A DNA stretch of 37,558 nt from Myxococcota bacterium (GCA_039028615.1 JBCCHT010000070.1:1-37558), one strand, 5' to 3'. Counted from the stretch's first letter, positions 1 to 8,899 are shown. Made by a program: numbers and translations. The notes: generated from the sequence alone by a model not told the origin.

Positions 1-511
1 CGAGCGACTCGGTCTTGGCGTCGAGCGACTTGCGGGCGACGTAGTGCAGCTGCAGGGCCTGGCCGGCGTCGCTGGTCATGTAGTTGAAGACGCGCTTGTG
101 GAACCCGAGGCCCACGCCCAGCGCGGGGTACTCCTGCTCGGTCCAGGCATTGTTGGCGTGGGTGCTGATGGTGGCGCCCTGGAGGTCGCGGATCAGGTCG
201 CCGAAGCCCCGTAGCGTGCCGGTCCGGGTCCCGCAGAAGTTGATGATGAGGTTCTCGTTACCGTTGTTGGCGTTGACATTCGAATAGACGCGGACCTCGG
301 GGGTGCTCCACACGTCCTCGTAGACGAAGGACTTGCCGTCGACGACCTGGTCGTTGACGGCGTCGTGGCAGTACCCGTTGTTGGCGAGCTGGCCGATGGC
401 CGCGGTACGACGCACGAACGCGGGGCCCGAATACGCCTCGGCCGGGGTGCTCGGAAGCACGCCGAGGGTGAGAGTGCATAGGCCGATGGCGATCTTGGCG
501 AGGAGGTTCAT
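1..511 (-). CDS. Secreted lipase class 3 (Lipase_3)-like protein, partial (runs off the window)
   Basis: Not in the ORF track because it has no stop in the window. Hand translation from ATG 511: MNLLAKIAIGLCTLTLGVLPSTPAEA (signal peptide)...NLIINFCGTRT..FGDLIRDL...GVGLGFHKRVF, matching the Lipase_3 'vvafRGT / DwxxDl / vhxGF' pattern. The nucleophile elbow would lie outside the window. Confidence 0.65.
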   Translation of the reverse strand, partial: MNLLAKIAIGLCTLTLGVLPSTPAEAYSGPAFVRRTAAIGQLANNGYCHDAVNDQVVDGKSFVYEDVWSTPEVRVYSNVNANNGNENLIINFCGTRTGTLRGFGDLIRDLQGATISTHANNAWTEQEYPALGVGLGFHKRVFNYMTSDAGQALQLHYVARKSLDAKTESL

Positions 512-526
512 GACGATGCCCCGAAG

Positions 527-1258
527 TCAGCTGGTTTGAAATGCGGTCAGGGTCTCCACCGACGAGGAGATGTCGTCGTGGGTGCTGCACGACAGGTCGT
601 CGGTGGGCGTGCACGAGCAATCCGCGGCGGTGCAGAAGCCGGTCGTATAGTCGGCGGCGAGGTCCACGGTGCCCGCTCGCCCCTGCTCGGCGATGATGAA
701 GGCGGTCCGGTCGTTGCCGCGGCCGTCTTTGCCCAAGGACGCCATCACCGAGCCGCGCCCTGTCGGGAACCGGATGGTCTCGACGGCCCGGAGCCACCCC
801 CCGGGGACGGCCTTCAGATCGACGGACACGCCCTCCCACAGCGGGAGTCGGCTCGACCCCTTGGTGGCCTCGGCGACGGGCGTCGCGGCTCCTTGCACGC
901 AGGAGCAGGTGTACTCGGCCGCCGTGCCGCTCAGTTGCTCATAGGTCGCGCGGGCTTCATCCCCGCGCAGCAGCACGTCGCCGCCGTGGTCATACAGGGA
1001 GACGGAGCAGCTGGGCGCGAGCGCGACCGAGCCGATGGTGCTCGCCAACGCAGTCCGCGAGCTCGACTGGGACAGCGTCGTGGGCACGCCGCTCAGGTCG
1101 CCGCTTTCATAGGCATAGCCGCAGGGAATGTTCTGTGCGGCGCGAGGGCGGAGGTCTTCGGTCTCCGGTTCCGGCTCGGAGAGCGGATCGCACCCGGCGA
1201 GCAGGAGGATGAGACCGCACCAGGATAGGGCGCGGCCTGAGTCTCTTCGGGTGTTCAT
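527..1258 (-). CDS. Cys-rich lipoprotein, possible beta/gamma-crystallin-like domain
   Basis: Lipobox LLLLAG-C. Segment CGYAYESGDLSG...TIGSVALAPSCSVSLYD resembles a crystallin Greek-key motif. Ends 15 bp before the lipase start. Confidence 0.6.
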   Translation of the reverse strand: MNTRRDSGRALSWCGLILLLAGCDPLSEPEPETEDLRPRAAQNIPCGYAYESGDLSGVPTTLSQSSSRTALASTIGSVALAPSCSVSLYDHGGDVLLRGDEARATYEQLSGTAAEYTCSCVQGAATPVAEATKGSSRLPLWEGVSVDLKAVPGGWLRAVETIRFPTGRGSVMASLGKDGRGNDRTAFIIAEQGRAGTVDLAADYTTGFCTAADCSCTPTDDLSCSTHDDISSSVETLTAFQTS

Positions 1259-1381
1259 CGTCGTCGCCCCACGTGTCCTTCATGGGTAGGTCACGACCGA
1301 CCCGCCGAGTTATTCGTACTCGGAGGGCCGGCGAGCGCGCTGCGTTCCGGCCGACGACGACCGACTCGGGAGTTCGATGCC

Positions 1382-1822
1382 TCAGGGATGCTCGGCGTAG
1401 TCGCCTTCGGTGCGCGTGCCGGGCTGGGCGTTCGGGTACTCGTCGAGCTCGATCACGTTGCGATCGGGATCGCGGATGAACACGGCGTGGAGATCGCCGA
1501 AGTCCATCGTGCCCGTGATCGCGATGTCGTGCTTCTCGAGGAAGGCCCGCGTCTCGGACAGCGAGTCGACGCGGAGCGCCATGTGGGTGTAGCCCGCGTG
1601 CTTGTCGTCGATGTCCATCAGGATGTTCGTGCCTTCGGAGGCGTTGGCGGGGCCCAGCACGTTGATCACGATCCCGCAGGGGTGCTGCATGATGATGGGA
1701 TGCCCCTTGGTGAAGATGCCCTCGGCCTTGGTCTCGAAGCCCAGCCGCTCGTAGAACGCGACGGCGCGGTCACGGTCTTTGACGCGGATTCCTACGTGGT
1801 CGATCTTCTGGATGTTCAGCAT
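1382..1822 (-). CDS. VOC/glyoxalase family protein
   Basis: MLNIQKIDHVGIRV..AVAFYERLGF, YTHMALRV, FIRDPDRNVIEL. Start trimmed to ATG 1822. Confidence 0.9.
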   Translation of the reverse strand: MLNIQKIDHVGIRVKDRDRAVAFYERLGFETKAEGIFTKGHPIIMQHPCGIVINVLGPANASEGTNILMDIDDKHAGYTHMALRVDSLSETRAFLEKHDIAITGTMDFGDLHAVFIRDPDRNVIELDEYPNAQPGTRTEGDYAEHP

Positions 1823-1979
1823 GGGTCGTGTCGCGCCTTCGTCCATCATCATCGTGCCTGCGCATGCGCGTTGAAATAGGAGATTTTGCAATCGGGCGCC
1901 GCAAAAATGCAAAGACCGCGATCGCCGACCAGGAGCTCGTACGGGCCCGCGTGGCCCTTCGCTGCTACGTTGAAGGACG

Positions 1980-2702
1980 ATGGATCGTGCCGAGTTTTGC
2001 GAAGCGTTGCTCTCGGTCATGGAGCGCAAGGTGCATTGGGCGTGGCCGCGCTTCACCGCGGGTCAGGTCGCGGCCGAGCGCCTGCACGTGCACCTCGAGC
2101 AGGAGTATGCCGTCTACATCCGCGATTTCGCCGTCCTGCTCGGGCGCGCGTACGTGCAGTGTCCCGTCGATGCGGTGCGGCGGGAGCTGGCCGAGAACCT
2201 CTACGAGGAAGAGACGGGGCGCCTGACCCGAGGGCGGCCTCACGCCGACCTCTTCCTCGAGTATCCGCGCGGCCTGAACATGGACCTGGCGCGGTTCCAC
2301 GCGGTCGAGCTGCTGCCCGCCGCTCGAACCTATCGCGCCGTCCTCGACCACCTGACCCAGGCCGAGGGCTGGGCGGTGGCGACCGCGGTCACCACGATCT
2401 TCGTCGAAGGCACGCCCTACGAGCGCGGTGAGCTCGACGAGTCCGCGCCGCGTCGCCCCGCGCCGCCGCTCGAAGACCATCCGCTCGTCGAGCACTATGG
2501 GCTCCCCGTCTCCGCGCTGGCGTTGACCAAGGTTCATCGTGAAGTCGAGGGAGACCACCGCGCCTCGGCCTGGCACATGGTGCTCGATCACGTGGGCGAG
2601 GCCGAGCGCAAACGAGTGATCGCGGGCATGGAAGAAGCGCTCGCGGGCTGGCACGCCTATCGCGATGCCGTGGCCGTTGCGTGCGGTCTCGAGCGGGCGT
2701 AG
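1980..2702 (+). CDS. Heme-oxygenase-like diiron enzyme (CADD/PqqC/TenA superfamily)
   Basis: ENLYEEETG, RPHADLF, FVEG and VHREVEGDH give the E/H/E/H/E/H metal-ligand pattern of CADD-type proteins. Confidence 0.8.
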   Translation: MDRAEFCEALLSVMERKVHWAWPRFTAGQVAAERLHVHLEQEYAVYIRDFAVLLGRAYVQCPVDAVRRELAENLYEEETGRLTRGRPHADLFLEYPRGLNMDLARFHAVELLPAARTYRAVLDHLTQAEGWAVATAVTTIFVEGTPYERGELDESAPRRPAPPLEDHPLVEHYGLPVSALALTKVHREVEGDHRASAWHMVLDHVGEAERKRVIAGMEEALAGWHAYRDAVAVACGLERA

Positions 2703-2715
2703 ATCGTCCGCGACG

Positions 2716-3207
2716 ATGGACTCGACACCGCTGACGTTCACGCGCCTGAGCGAAGCTGGCCTCGACGCGTTCCTGCGCCTGGCCACCGACGAGCACATTC
2801 GCCGCTACCTGCTCGACGGCGCCGTCGCCGACGCCGACTGGGCCCGCGCCGAAGTCCAGCGCAGCGATCGTCTCTTCGAGCGCGAGGGCGTCGGCCTGTG
2901 GCTCGTCTCGGTCGACGAGCAGCCGGTCGGCTTCGCCGGCTTTCGCGTCTTCGAGGACCTCGAGCCCGAGCCGCAGCTGCTCTACGCCTTGCTCGAGAGG
3001 GTCACCGGGCGCGGCTACGCCACCCTCGCTGCTCGCTGGCTGGTGAACGAAGCGCGGCAGCAGGGCTGGTCCCGCGTTGGGGCGGGGGTCGACGAGGTCA
3101 ACGCCGCCTCGGTACGGGTGCTCGAGAAGGCCGGCTTCGTCTACCTGCGCTCGGTCGAGGGCAGCCTCGGGCCCACGCGGCTGTATGCGCTCACGCTCGG
3201 CGAGTGA
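2716..3207 (+). CDS. GNAT family N-acetyltransferase (RimJ/RimL-like)
   Basis: GRGYATLA acetyl-CoA motif; NAASVRVLEKAGF. Confidence 0.88.
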   Translation: MDSTPLTFTRLSEAGLDAFLRLATDEHIRRYLLDGAVADADWARAEVQRSDRLFEREGVGLWLVSVDEQPVGFAGFRVFEDLEPEPQLLYALLERVTGRGYATLAARWLVNEARQQGWSRVGAGVDEVNAASVRVLEKAGFVYLRSVEGSLGPTRLYALTLGE

Positions 3208-3208
3208 A

Positions 3209-3237
3209 CCCGGGCCCGCGAGAGCCCGGGGCCCGGG
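3209..3237. terminator. GC-rich hairpin between convergent GNAT and methyltransferase genes
   Basis: CCCGGGCCC (3209-3217) pairs with GGGCCCGGG (3229-3237) in the 33-bp gap between stop codons. No clear U-tract. Confidence 0.4.
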
Positions 3238-3240
3238 CAC

Positions 3241-4041
3241 CTATTTGCGGGCCCGCAGGGCGTAGCACAGCGGGAGCATCCCCTCCTTGCCCTTGAACTG
3301 ATAGCGGTTCTTGCCGACCTCGACCGTGTCCTGGAAGCAGTTCCACGGGGAGTAGTCGTACTCGCGGAAGGCCTCGAGGGTCAGGCCCTTGTCGAGCAGG
3401 GCGGTGATGACCTCGTCGAGGGCGTGGTTCCAGCTGATCTCGGTGCTGGTGAGCTTCTCGGAGCCGTCGGTATAGCTGCCCGTGTTCTGCTCGACGATCG
3501 CGTCGCGCTTGAAGTAGCTGTACTCGAAGAACTCGTGCTTGTCGTCGAGCATCCACACCACGGGGTGGAACTCGGCGAACACGAAGGCACCCCCGGGCGC
3601 GAGGTAGTGGGTGATGACCTCCGCCCAGCGGTCGAGATCGGGCAGCCACCCGATGGCGCCGAAGGAGCTGAACACCACGTCGAAGCTCTCGGGCTCCGCG
3701 AGGGTGTTGGGCGCCTCGTAGACGTCGCTGCACACGAAGCGCCCCGCCAGCTCGGCCCGCTTGGCCAGCTCGGTGGCGCGAGCGATGGCGCGATCGCTGA
3801 GGTCGACCCCGGTGACCTCGGCCCCGCGCCGGGCCAGCGACAGCGTGTCCATGCCGAAGTGACATTGGAGGTGGAGCAGGCGCTTGCCCGTCAGGTCGGC
3901 GGGCAGCATGTGAAGCTCCGGCTCGCGCAGGCTTTGTTCGCCAGCGAGCCATGCATCCACGTCGTAGAAGTCCGACGTGTAGTGAGCCTCGGTCGCCTTG
4001 TTCCAGTGATCGCGGTTATGGGTAAGGTAATCGTCGGACAT
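3241..4041 (-). CDS. Class I SAM-dependent methyltransferase
   Basis: LLHLQCHFGMDTLSLARRGAEVTGVDLS, FDVVFSSFG, LAPGG. Start at ATG 4041 (MSDDYLTHN); the longer track ORF is an antisense extension. Confidence 0.92.
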   Translation of the reverse strand: MSDDYLTHNRDHWNKATEAHYTSDFYDVDAWLAGEQSLREPELHMLPADLTGKRLLHLQCHFGMDTLSLARRGAEVTGVDLSDRAIARATELAKRAELAGRFVCSDVYEAPNTLAEPESFDVVFSSFGAIGWLPDLDRWAEVITHYLAPGGAFVFAEFHPVVWMLDDKHEFFEYSYFKRDAIVEQNTGSYTDGSEKLTSTEISWNHALDEVITALLDKGLTLEAFREYDYSPWNCFQDTVEVGKNRYQFKGKEGMLPLCYALRARK

Positions 4042-4275
4042 GGCGCGGACGGTAGAACACGATTCCGCGGTCGCGTGAAGACGGCCGACCCATGAACAAT
4101 TCGACCTCCCGCTGAATAGAAAACCCCTTCGATTGCGACGCAGACCCGGCCTCGCATGCGATCGCGAGTCGTGAGTTTGCGGGAGAGAAAATTGGCCAGT
4201 GATCCCCAGCGCTTGTCGTTTCGTTCCTACCGCGCGCACGATCGTTCCCCTACATGGACCGACATGAACGCATCT

Positions 4276-5703
4276 ATGAACACATTCGCCGACATGATCG
4301 CGGCATTGGCTCTGAGCGGGCTCGTATGGGGTGCCGTGGCCTGTGATGCGCCGCAGAGCAATGCGCTCGAGGACGCTCCGCTGTCCGACTATGACGCTCT
4401 GTTTGCCGATGCGCCGGGCAACGACGAGCTGCCGTATCAGATCAAGGCGGATGGCCCCGCCCCCCGGACCTTCGACCTGGTGGACCTCCAGTCGCCGGTC
4501 AAGAGCCAGGGAAGCCGGGGGGTCTGCTCGATCTTCTCCACCGTCGCCCTGATGGAGCACCTGTACATCGCGGCGGGTGTCGAGGAGGCCGACTTCTCCG
4601 AGCAGTACCTGCAGTGGTCGGTGAAGGAGCAGCTGGGTCTGTTCACCGACTCGAGCGGCAGCAACTCCACGTCCAACCTGCGGGCGATCCAGCGCCATGG
4701 CATCCCGCACGAGAGCGCGTGGGAGTACGAGACTCGAGAGTGGGGCGAGGAGGACGACCCCGCGTGCACGGGACCCGATCGCCCGACCTTCTGCTTCACC
4801 AATGGCTCGCCGCCCGACGCCGCGGTCGAGGCCGAGAAGTTCTTCCTGCCGCGGGGGCGGTGGCTCAACAGCGGTCGCGAGTCGCTGCTCGACCACATGC
4901 GGGTCTCCGGCACGGGCGTCGTGGTGGGCTTGGACTTCTTCTATCAGGCCTGGAACCACGGCGGCTCGTCGCTCACCCGTAGCCGCGACGCGTGGCGCCA
5001 GGGGATCGTCGGGTATCCCAACGCCGACGACATCGAAGAGAGTCGCCGCAACCGAGCCGGTCACTCCGTGCTGCTGGTGGGCTGGGACCTCGACATGGAG
5101 CGCCCCCGCGTCGCCGCCGATGGCTCACCGGTCCTCGATGCCGAGGGCAACCAGGTCATGGACGAGGGCTTTTACATCTTCAAGAACAGCTGGGGCACGC
5201 ACAACTTCGGTGTCGACAACCCCTACGGGGCCGGGTACGGGTTCCTCTCGATGGACTACGTGGAGGACTTCGGCTCGGCCCGGGTCTCCGATGTCCCGTA
5301 CATCAGCGTGCCCGAGCCGGAGCCGGAGCCGGAGGTCGAGCCCGAAGCGCCGCCCGAGAGCGAGCTGTACGAGTCGCTGGACGTCGTCGACATTCCCGAC
5401 AACGACGCGGTGGGGATCAAGAGCACGCTCAGCGTGCCCACCGAGGGCAACGCCGAGCGCGTGACGGTGAACTTCGAGGTCGAGCACACCTATCGCGGCG
5501 ACCTCACCGTTCGACTCTTGCACGGCTCCACCGTGGTGACGCTGCACGACCGCGCGGGCGGCAGCGCCGACGGGCTCGAGCTGACGCGCGAGCTGACCGA
5601 CTTCGCGGGCGAAGACCGAGGCGGAGACTGGCAGCTGCAGATCGCCGACAACGCGAGTGCGGACACCGGGCGACTGCTGAAGTGGTCGCTCGTGATCGAG
5701 TAG
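4276..5703 (+). CDS. Papain-like C1 cysteine protease lipoprotein with C-terminal proprotein-convertase P-domain
   Basis: Lipobox GAVA-C; PVKSQGSRGVCSIF (oxyanion Gln, catalytic Cys), GHSVLLVGW (His), FKNSWG (Asn); PE-rich linker; P-domain IPDND..HTYRGDL..GDWQLQIAD..DTGRL..W. Start could be 4264, 4276 or 4294. Confidence 0.88.
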   Translation: MNTFADMIAALALSGLVWGAVACDAPQSNALEDAPLSDYDALFADAPGNDELPYQIKADGPAPRTFDLVDLQSPVKSQGSRGVCSIFSTVALMEHLYIAAGVEEADFSEQYLQWSVKEQLGLFTDSSGSNSTSNLRAIQRHGIPHESAWEYETREWGEEDDPACTGPDRPTFCFTNGSPPDAAVEAEKFFLPRGRWLNSGRESLLDHMRVSGTGVVVGLDFFYQAWNHGGSSLTRSRDAWRQGIVGYPNADDIEESRRNRAGHSVLLVGWDLDMERPRVAADGSPVLDAEGNQVMDEGFYIFKNSWGTHNFGVDNPYGAGYGFLSMDYVEDFGSARVSDVPYISVPEPEPEPEVEPEAPPESELYESLDVVDIPDNDAVGIKSTLSVPTEGNAERVTVNFEVEHTYRGDLTVRLLHGSTVVTLHDRAGGSADGLELTRELTDFAGEDRGGDWQLQIADNASADTGRLLKWSLVIE

Positions 5704-5775
5704 CCGCGGCCGGCCCGGCGTGCGCGGCTCAATCGGGCGCGCACGCCGGGTCGCTGGACAAGGGGGCGCTGGCCG

Positions 5776-6192
5776 TCAGCGAACGACCAGCACGCTGCAT
5801 CCGGCCCGATTGACGACCTTCGCCGCCGTGGTGCCCAGCAAGCGGTCGACGCCCCCGTAGCCGTGGCTCCCGATGACCACCATGTCGGCTTCGAGCTCCT
5901 CCGCGAGGGCCACCAGGGTATCGGCCGGTTGACCCATCCGAGTGACGATTCCGCCGCGGAGCGACGAGGGGATGCGCTCCGCCGACTTTTCCAGCTCTCG
6001 GTTGCCGTGCTCCACCAGGAACTTGGTGAGGTCGTCTCCCTGCATCGTCCACAAGGTGGTGGGCACGCTGAGGGGGATGGTCATGGCTCGCGCGAGCGTG
6101 AGCGTGCCCCCGCGGTCCTTGGCGAGGTTGATCGCTTCGTCCAGCACTTTGGGTTCGCGTGACGAGCCGTCGACTCCAACGAGGATCTTCAT
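5776..6192 (-). CDS. Universal stress protein (UspA family)
   Basis: KILVGVDGS...ADMVVIGSHG...LLGTTAAKVVNRAGCSVLVV. Confidence 0.95.
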   Translation of the reverse strand: MKILVGVDGSSREPKVLDEAINLAKDRGGTLTLARAMTIPLSVPTTLWTMQGDDLTKFLVEHGNRELEKSAERIPSSLRGGIVTRMGQPADTLVALAEELEADMVVIGSHGYGGVDRLLGTTAAKVVNRAGCSVLVVR

Positions 6193-6238
6193 GCTCTCTG
6201 CCTAAACACTGGGAGCAGGGCTCGCCACCCATGGACGC

Positions 6239-6253
6239 GCGCAAGGATTGCGC
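6239..6253. promoter_or_regulatory. Palindromic operator copy 1 (GCGCAAGGATTGCGC), upstream of the USP gene
   Basis: Inverted repeat 46 nt upstream of the USP start; the motif recurs at 7440, 7496 and 8925. Confidence 0.65.
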
Positions 6254-6262
6254 CCGGACGGG

Positions 6263-7390
6263 TCACACCTCGCGAGCGTCGTCGCGTCGAGGGAGCTCGA
6301 GCACGAATCGCGTGCCCCGGGTGGGCGCGGGCTCGTAGGTCAGCGTGCCGCCGTGGGCCTGGACGATCTGGAGCGCGACGGGCAGCCCGAGACCGGTGCC
6401 TTCGGTCTTGGAGGTGACGAAGGGCTCGAAGGGCTCGATGCCTTCGGGGATGCCGCTGCCCTCGTCTTGCACCTCGATGCGGACCCGCTGGGGGGAGTCG
6501 ATGACGCGCACGGTGAGCGTGCCGCCTTCGGGCATGGCGTCCGCCGCGTTCTTGATCAAGTTGAGCAGGACCTGCCGCAGCTTCTCGGTATCGATGAAGA
6601 TCGCCCGCAGCTGCGGCGGGACTTCGAGCCGAGCCTGGATCCCGCGGATGTTCAGCGCGGGAGTCTCGGCCGAGACCACGTCCCGCACCACGGTGACCAG
6701 ATCGGTCGGCGTCACGGAAAACTGGGGGCGACGCGCCAGCGATCGAAACTCGTCCAGGAGGTGACGCAGCCGCTGGGTCTGGGCGAGCAGCGAGCTCATC
6801 GAGTCGCCGATCTTCGGATCGACGCCGAGCTCGGACTTGCCGAGCCGCCGCTCCAGCAGCTGAGCGTGCATGTACATGCCGTTGAGCGGGTTTCCGACCT
6901 CGTGGGCGAAGCTGGCCGCCGTGGTTCCGACGGCCGCCAGGCGCTCGCGCTCGAGCAGGCGCTCTTGCAGGCTGACCTTGTCGCTGATGTCGCGAATGAA
7001 CGCGCCGTAGCGGGCCCGCTCGCCCACCGCGACCTCCGTGACGGAAAGCTCGATGGGGAAGATCTCGCCGTTGCTGCGGCGAGCGGCCACGGTGCGGATG
7101 CGGCCGATGGCCTGGGGCTCGCGGGTTTGCTCGTAGCGCTCGACGTAGCCGTCGTGCTCCGCCGCATAGGGCATCGCCATCAGCACCTTGACGTTCTGCC
7201 CCAGGATCTCGGGCGCGTCGTAGCCGAACATGCGCTCGGCGGCCTGATTGAAGAGCACGATGTTGCCCCGCCGATCGATGCAGATCACCGCGTCTCGGGT
7301 GGTCTCGAGCAGCTGCGCGTACCACCGCGCGCGGGTTCGGATCTCCTCGTCCGACGACGGCAGCTGGAAGTTGGAGTGGTCGTCGTCCAT
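6263..7390 (-). CDS. Cytoplasmic FixL-like heme-PAS sensor histidine kinase
   Basis: PAS segment LMAMPYAAEHDGYVERY..IGRIRTVAARRSNGEIFPIELSV matches the FixL heme pocket (proximal His in EHDGY). H-box FAHEVGNPL, N-box QVLLNLIKNA, DEGSGI, GTGLGL. No transmembrane segment seen. Confidence 0.9.
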   Translation of the reverse strand: MDDDHSNFQLPSSDEEIRTRARWYAQLLETTRDAVICIDRRGNIVLFNQAAERMFGYDAPEILGQNVKVLMAMPYAAEHDGYVERYEQTREPQAIGRIRTVAARRSNGEIFPIELSVTEVAVGERARYGAFIRDISDKVSLQERLLERERLAAVGTTAASFAHEVGNPLNGMYMHAQLLERRLGKSELGVDPKIGDSMSSLLAQTQRLRHLLDEFRSLARRPQFSVTPTDLVTVVRDVVSAETPALNIRGIQARLEVPPQLRAIFIDTEKLRQVLLNLIKNAADAMPEGGTLTVRVIDSPQRVRIEVQDEGSGIPEGIEPFEPFVTSKTEGTGLGLPVALQIVQAHGGTLTYEPAPTRGTRFVLELPRRDDAREV

Positions 7391-7439
7391 GGGACGGGGC
7401 TGGGCGCTCCGACCGTACCGCGAGTCGCCGTGGGGGCAC

Positions 7440-7454
7440 GCGCAAAACCTGCGC
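7440..7454. promoter_or_regulatory. Palindromic operator copy 2 (GCGCAAAACCTGCGC), upstream of the kinase gene
   Basis: 49 nt upstream of the kinase ATG (7390). Confidence 0.62.
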
Positions 7455-7495
7455 GACGGGGTCGAGAGCCCCGCTCCCGCCCCCTCGCTGGCGTC

Positions 7496-7510
7496 GCGCA
7501 AGATTTGCGC
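7496..7510. promoter_or_regulatory. Palindromic operator copy 3 (GCGCAAGATTTGCGC), upstream of the response regulator
   Basis: 51 nt upstream of the regulator ATG (7562). Confidence 0.65.
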
Positions 7511-7561
7511 GCAGGCTTCCATGGCCGGAGGCGACCCGCCCCCGCAGACTCACGACACGCC

Positions 7562-8899
7562 ATGTCTACGCCCCCGGCCGAGCCCAAAATCCTCGTCGTC
7601 GACGATGAAGCGACCGCGCGCTCCGCTCTCTCCGAGCTGCTGCGGGACGAGGGCTACGCGGTGCGGACCGCCAGCGATGGGTTCAAGGCCCTGGGTCATC
7701 TCGACGGCTGGACCCCCGATCTCGTGCTCACCGACGTGCAGATGCCGGGCATGAGCGGCGTGGAGCTGATGGCGAAGGTCCACGAGTCGCTCCCCGATGT
7801 GCCCATCGTGGTGATGACTGCCTTCGGCTCCGTGGAGAACGCGGTCACGGCCTTGCACGCGGGCGCCGACGACTACCTCACCAAGCCGGTGCACTTCGAT
7901 CAGATGTTGCTCGTCTTGCGGCGAGCGCTCGCCCGGCGTGAGCTCCACCGCGAAAACGAGCGGCTACGGGAGGCACTCGACGGGTTCACGGGCGAGATCG
8001 GCTGGGTCGGGAGCTCCAAGTCGTCGCGAGACTTCATGGCCTTGGTGCAGCAGGTCGCGGGCAACGACGCCGCCGTGTTGATCCACGGTGAGAGCGGCAC
8101 GGGCAAGGGGCTCGTCGCGCGGGCGCTGCACGAGGCGAGCGCCCGCGCCGAGGGTCCGCGGGTCGTCGTGCCCTGCGCGGCCATTCGCGAGGAGGCCTTG
8201 GAGGAGGAGCTGTTCGGTGAACGGGGGCGCTTGGCCGAGGCGCGCGGCGGCACGGTGGTGCTCGAAGGCGTCGGCGAGCTTCCGTCCACCGCCCAGGCTC
8301 GCCTGCTTCGGTTCATTCAGCAGGCGCGCAGCGAAGCAGGGGATGGCGGCGTGCGGATCGTGGCCACGACCGACCAAGAGCTGCTGCAGCGGGTCAAGGA
8401 CGGCCGTTTTCACGAAGACCTCTACTACCAGCTCAACGTCATCACCTTGCGGGTGCCAACGCTTCGCGAGCGCCGAGACGACATCCCGCTGTTGGCCATG
8501 CACTTCGTGCGTCGCCACGGGACCCGGGTGCGAGGGCTCTCCGATCGGGCGCTGGGTGTGTTGCTCGCCCACGACTGGCCGGGCAACGTTCGGCAGCTCG
8601 AGGCCGCCATCGAGCGCGCCGTGGCCATGTGCCAGGGGTCGGTCATCGAGCCCAAGGATCTACCGCGCGAGCTGCTGCGATCGGGAGGTGGTGACGACAA
8701 GATGCCCACCATTCCCGGGGCGACGATGGCCGAGCTGGAGCGCTACGCCATCCTCACCACGCTGCAGCACGTGGGCGGGAGCACCAGCCGGGCCGCCGAG
8801 ATCCTCGGCATCTCCACGCGCAAGATTCAGTATCGCCTCAACGAGTACCGCGAGCGGGATCCCTCGGGGGTCTCTGCGGTCATTCGAAGCGTGGACTGA
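7562..8899 (+). CDS. NtrC-family response regulator (REC-AAA+-Fis HTH) with degenerate sigma54-interaction domain
   Basis: ILVVDDE / LTDVQMPG receiver; GESGTGK Walker A; WPGNVRQL; AAEILGISTRKIQYRL HTH. GAFTGA is absent. Confidence 0.92.
   Translation: MSTPPAEPKILVVDDEATARSALSELLRDEGYAVRTASDGFKALGHLDGWTPDLVLTDVQMPGMSGVELMAKVHESLPDVPIVVMTAFGSVENAVTALHAGADDYLTKPVHFDQMLLVLRRALARRELHRENERLREALDGFTGEIGWVGSSKSSRDFMALVQQVAGNDAAVLIHGESGTGKGLVARALHEASARAEGPRVVVPCAAIREEALEEELFGERGRLAEARGGTVVLEGVGELPSTAQARLLRFIQQARSEAGDGGVRIVATTDQELLQRVKDGRFHEDLYYQLNVITLRVPTLRERRDDIPLLAMHFVRRHGTRVRGLSDRALGVLLAHDWPGNVRQLEAAIERAVAMCQGSVIEPKDLPRELLRSGGGDDKMPTIPGATMAELERYAILTTLQHVGGSTSRAAEILGISTRKIQYRLNEYRERDPSGVSAVIRSVD

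Noticed and set aside
1980..2702. Calling this gene pqqC or tenA
   Set aside because: No pqq or thiamine genes nearby; only superfamily-level motifs are supported.
4042..5064. N-terminal extension making a 607-aa methyltransferase
   Set aside because: Overlaps the C1 protease on the opposite strand; the methyltransferase domain begins at ATG 4041.
6248..7561. N-terminal extension making an 883-aa regulator
   Set aside because: Antisense to the histidine kinase; the receiver domain starts at 7562.
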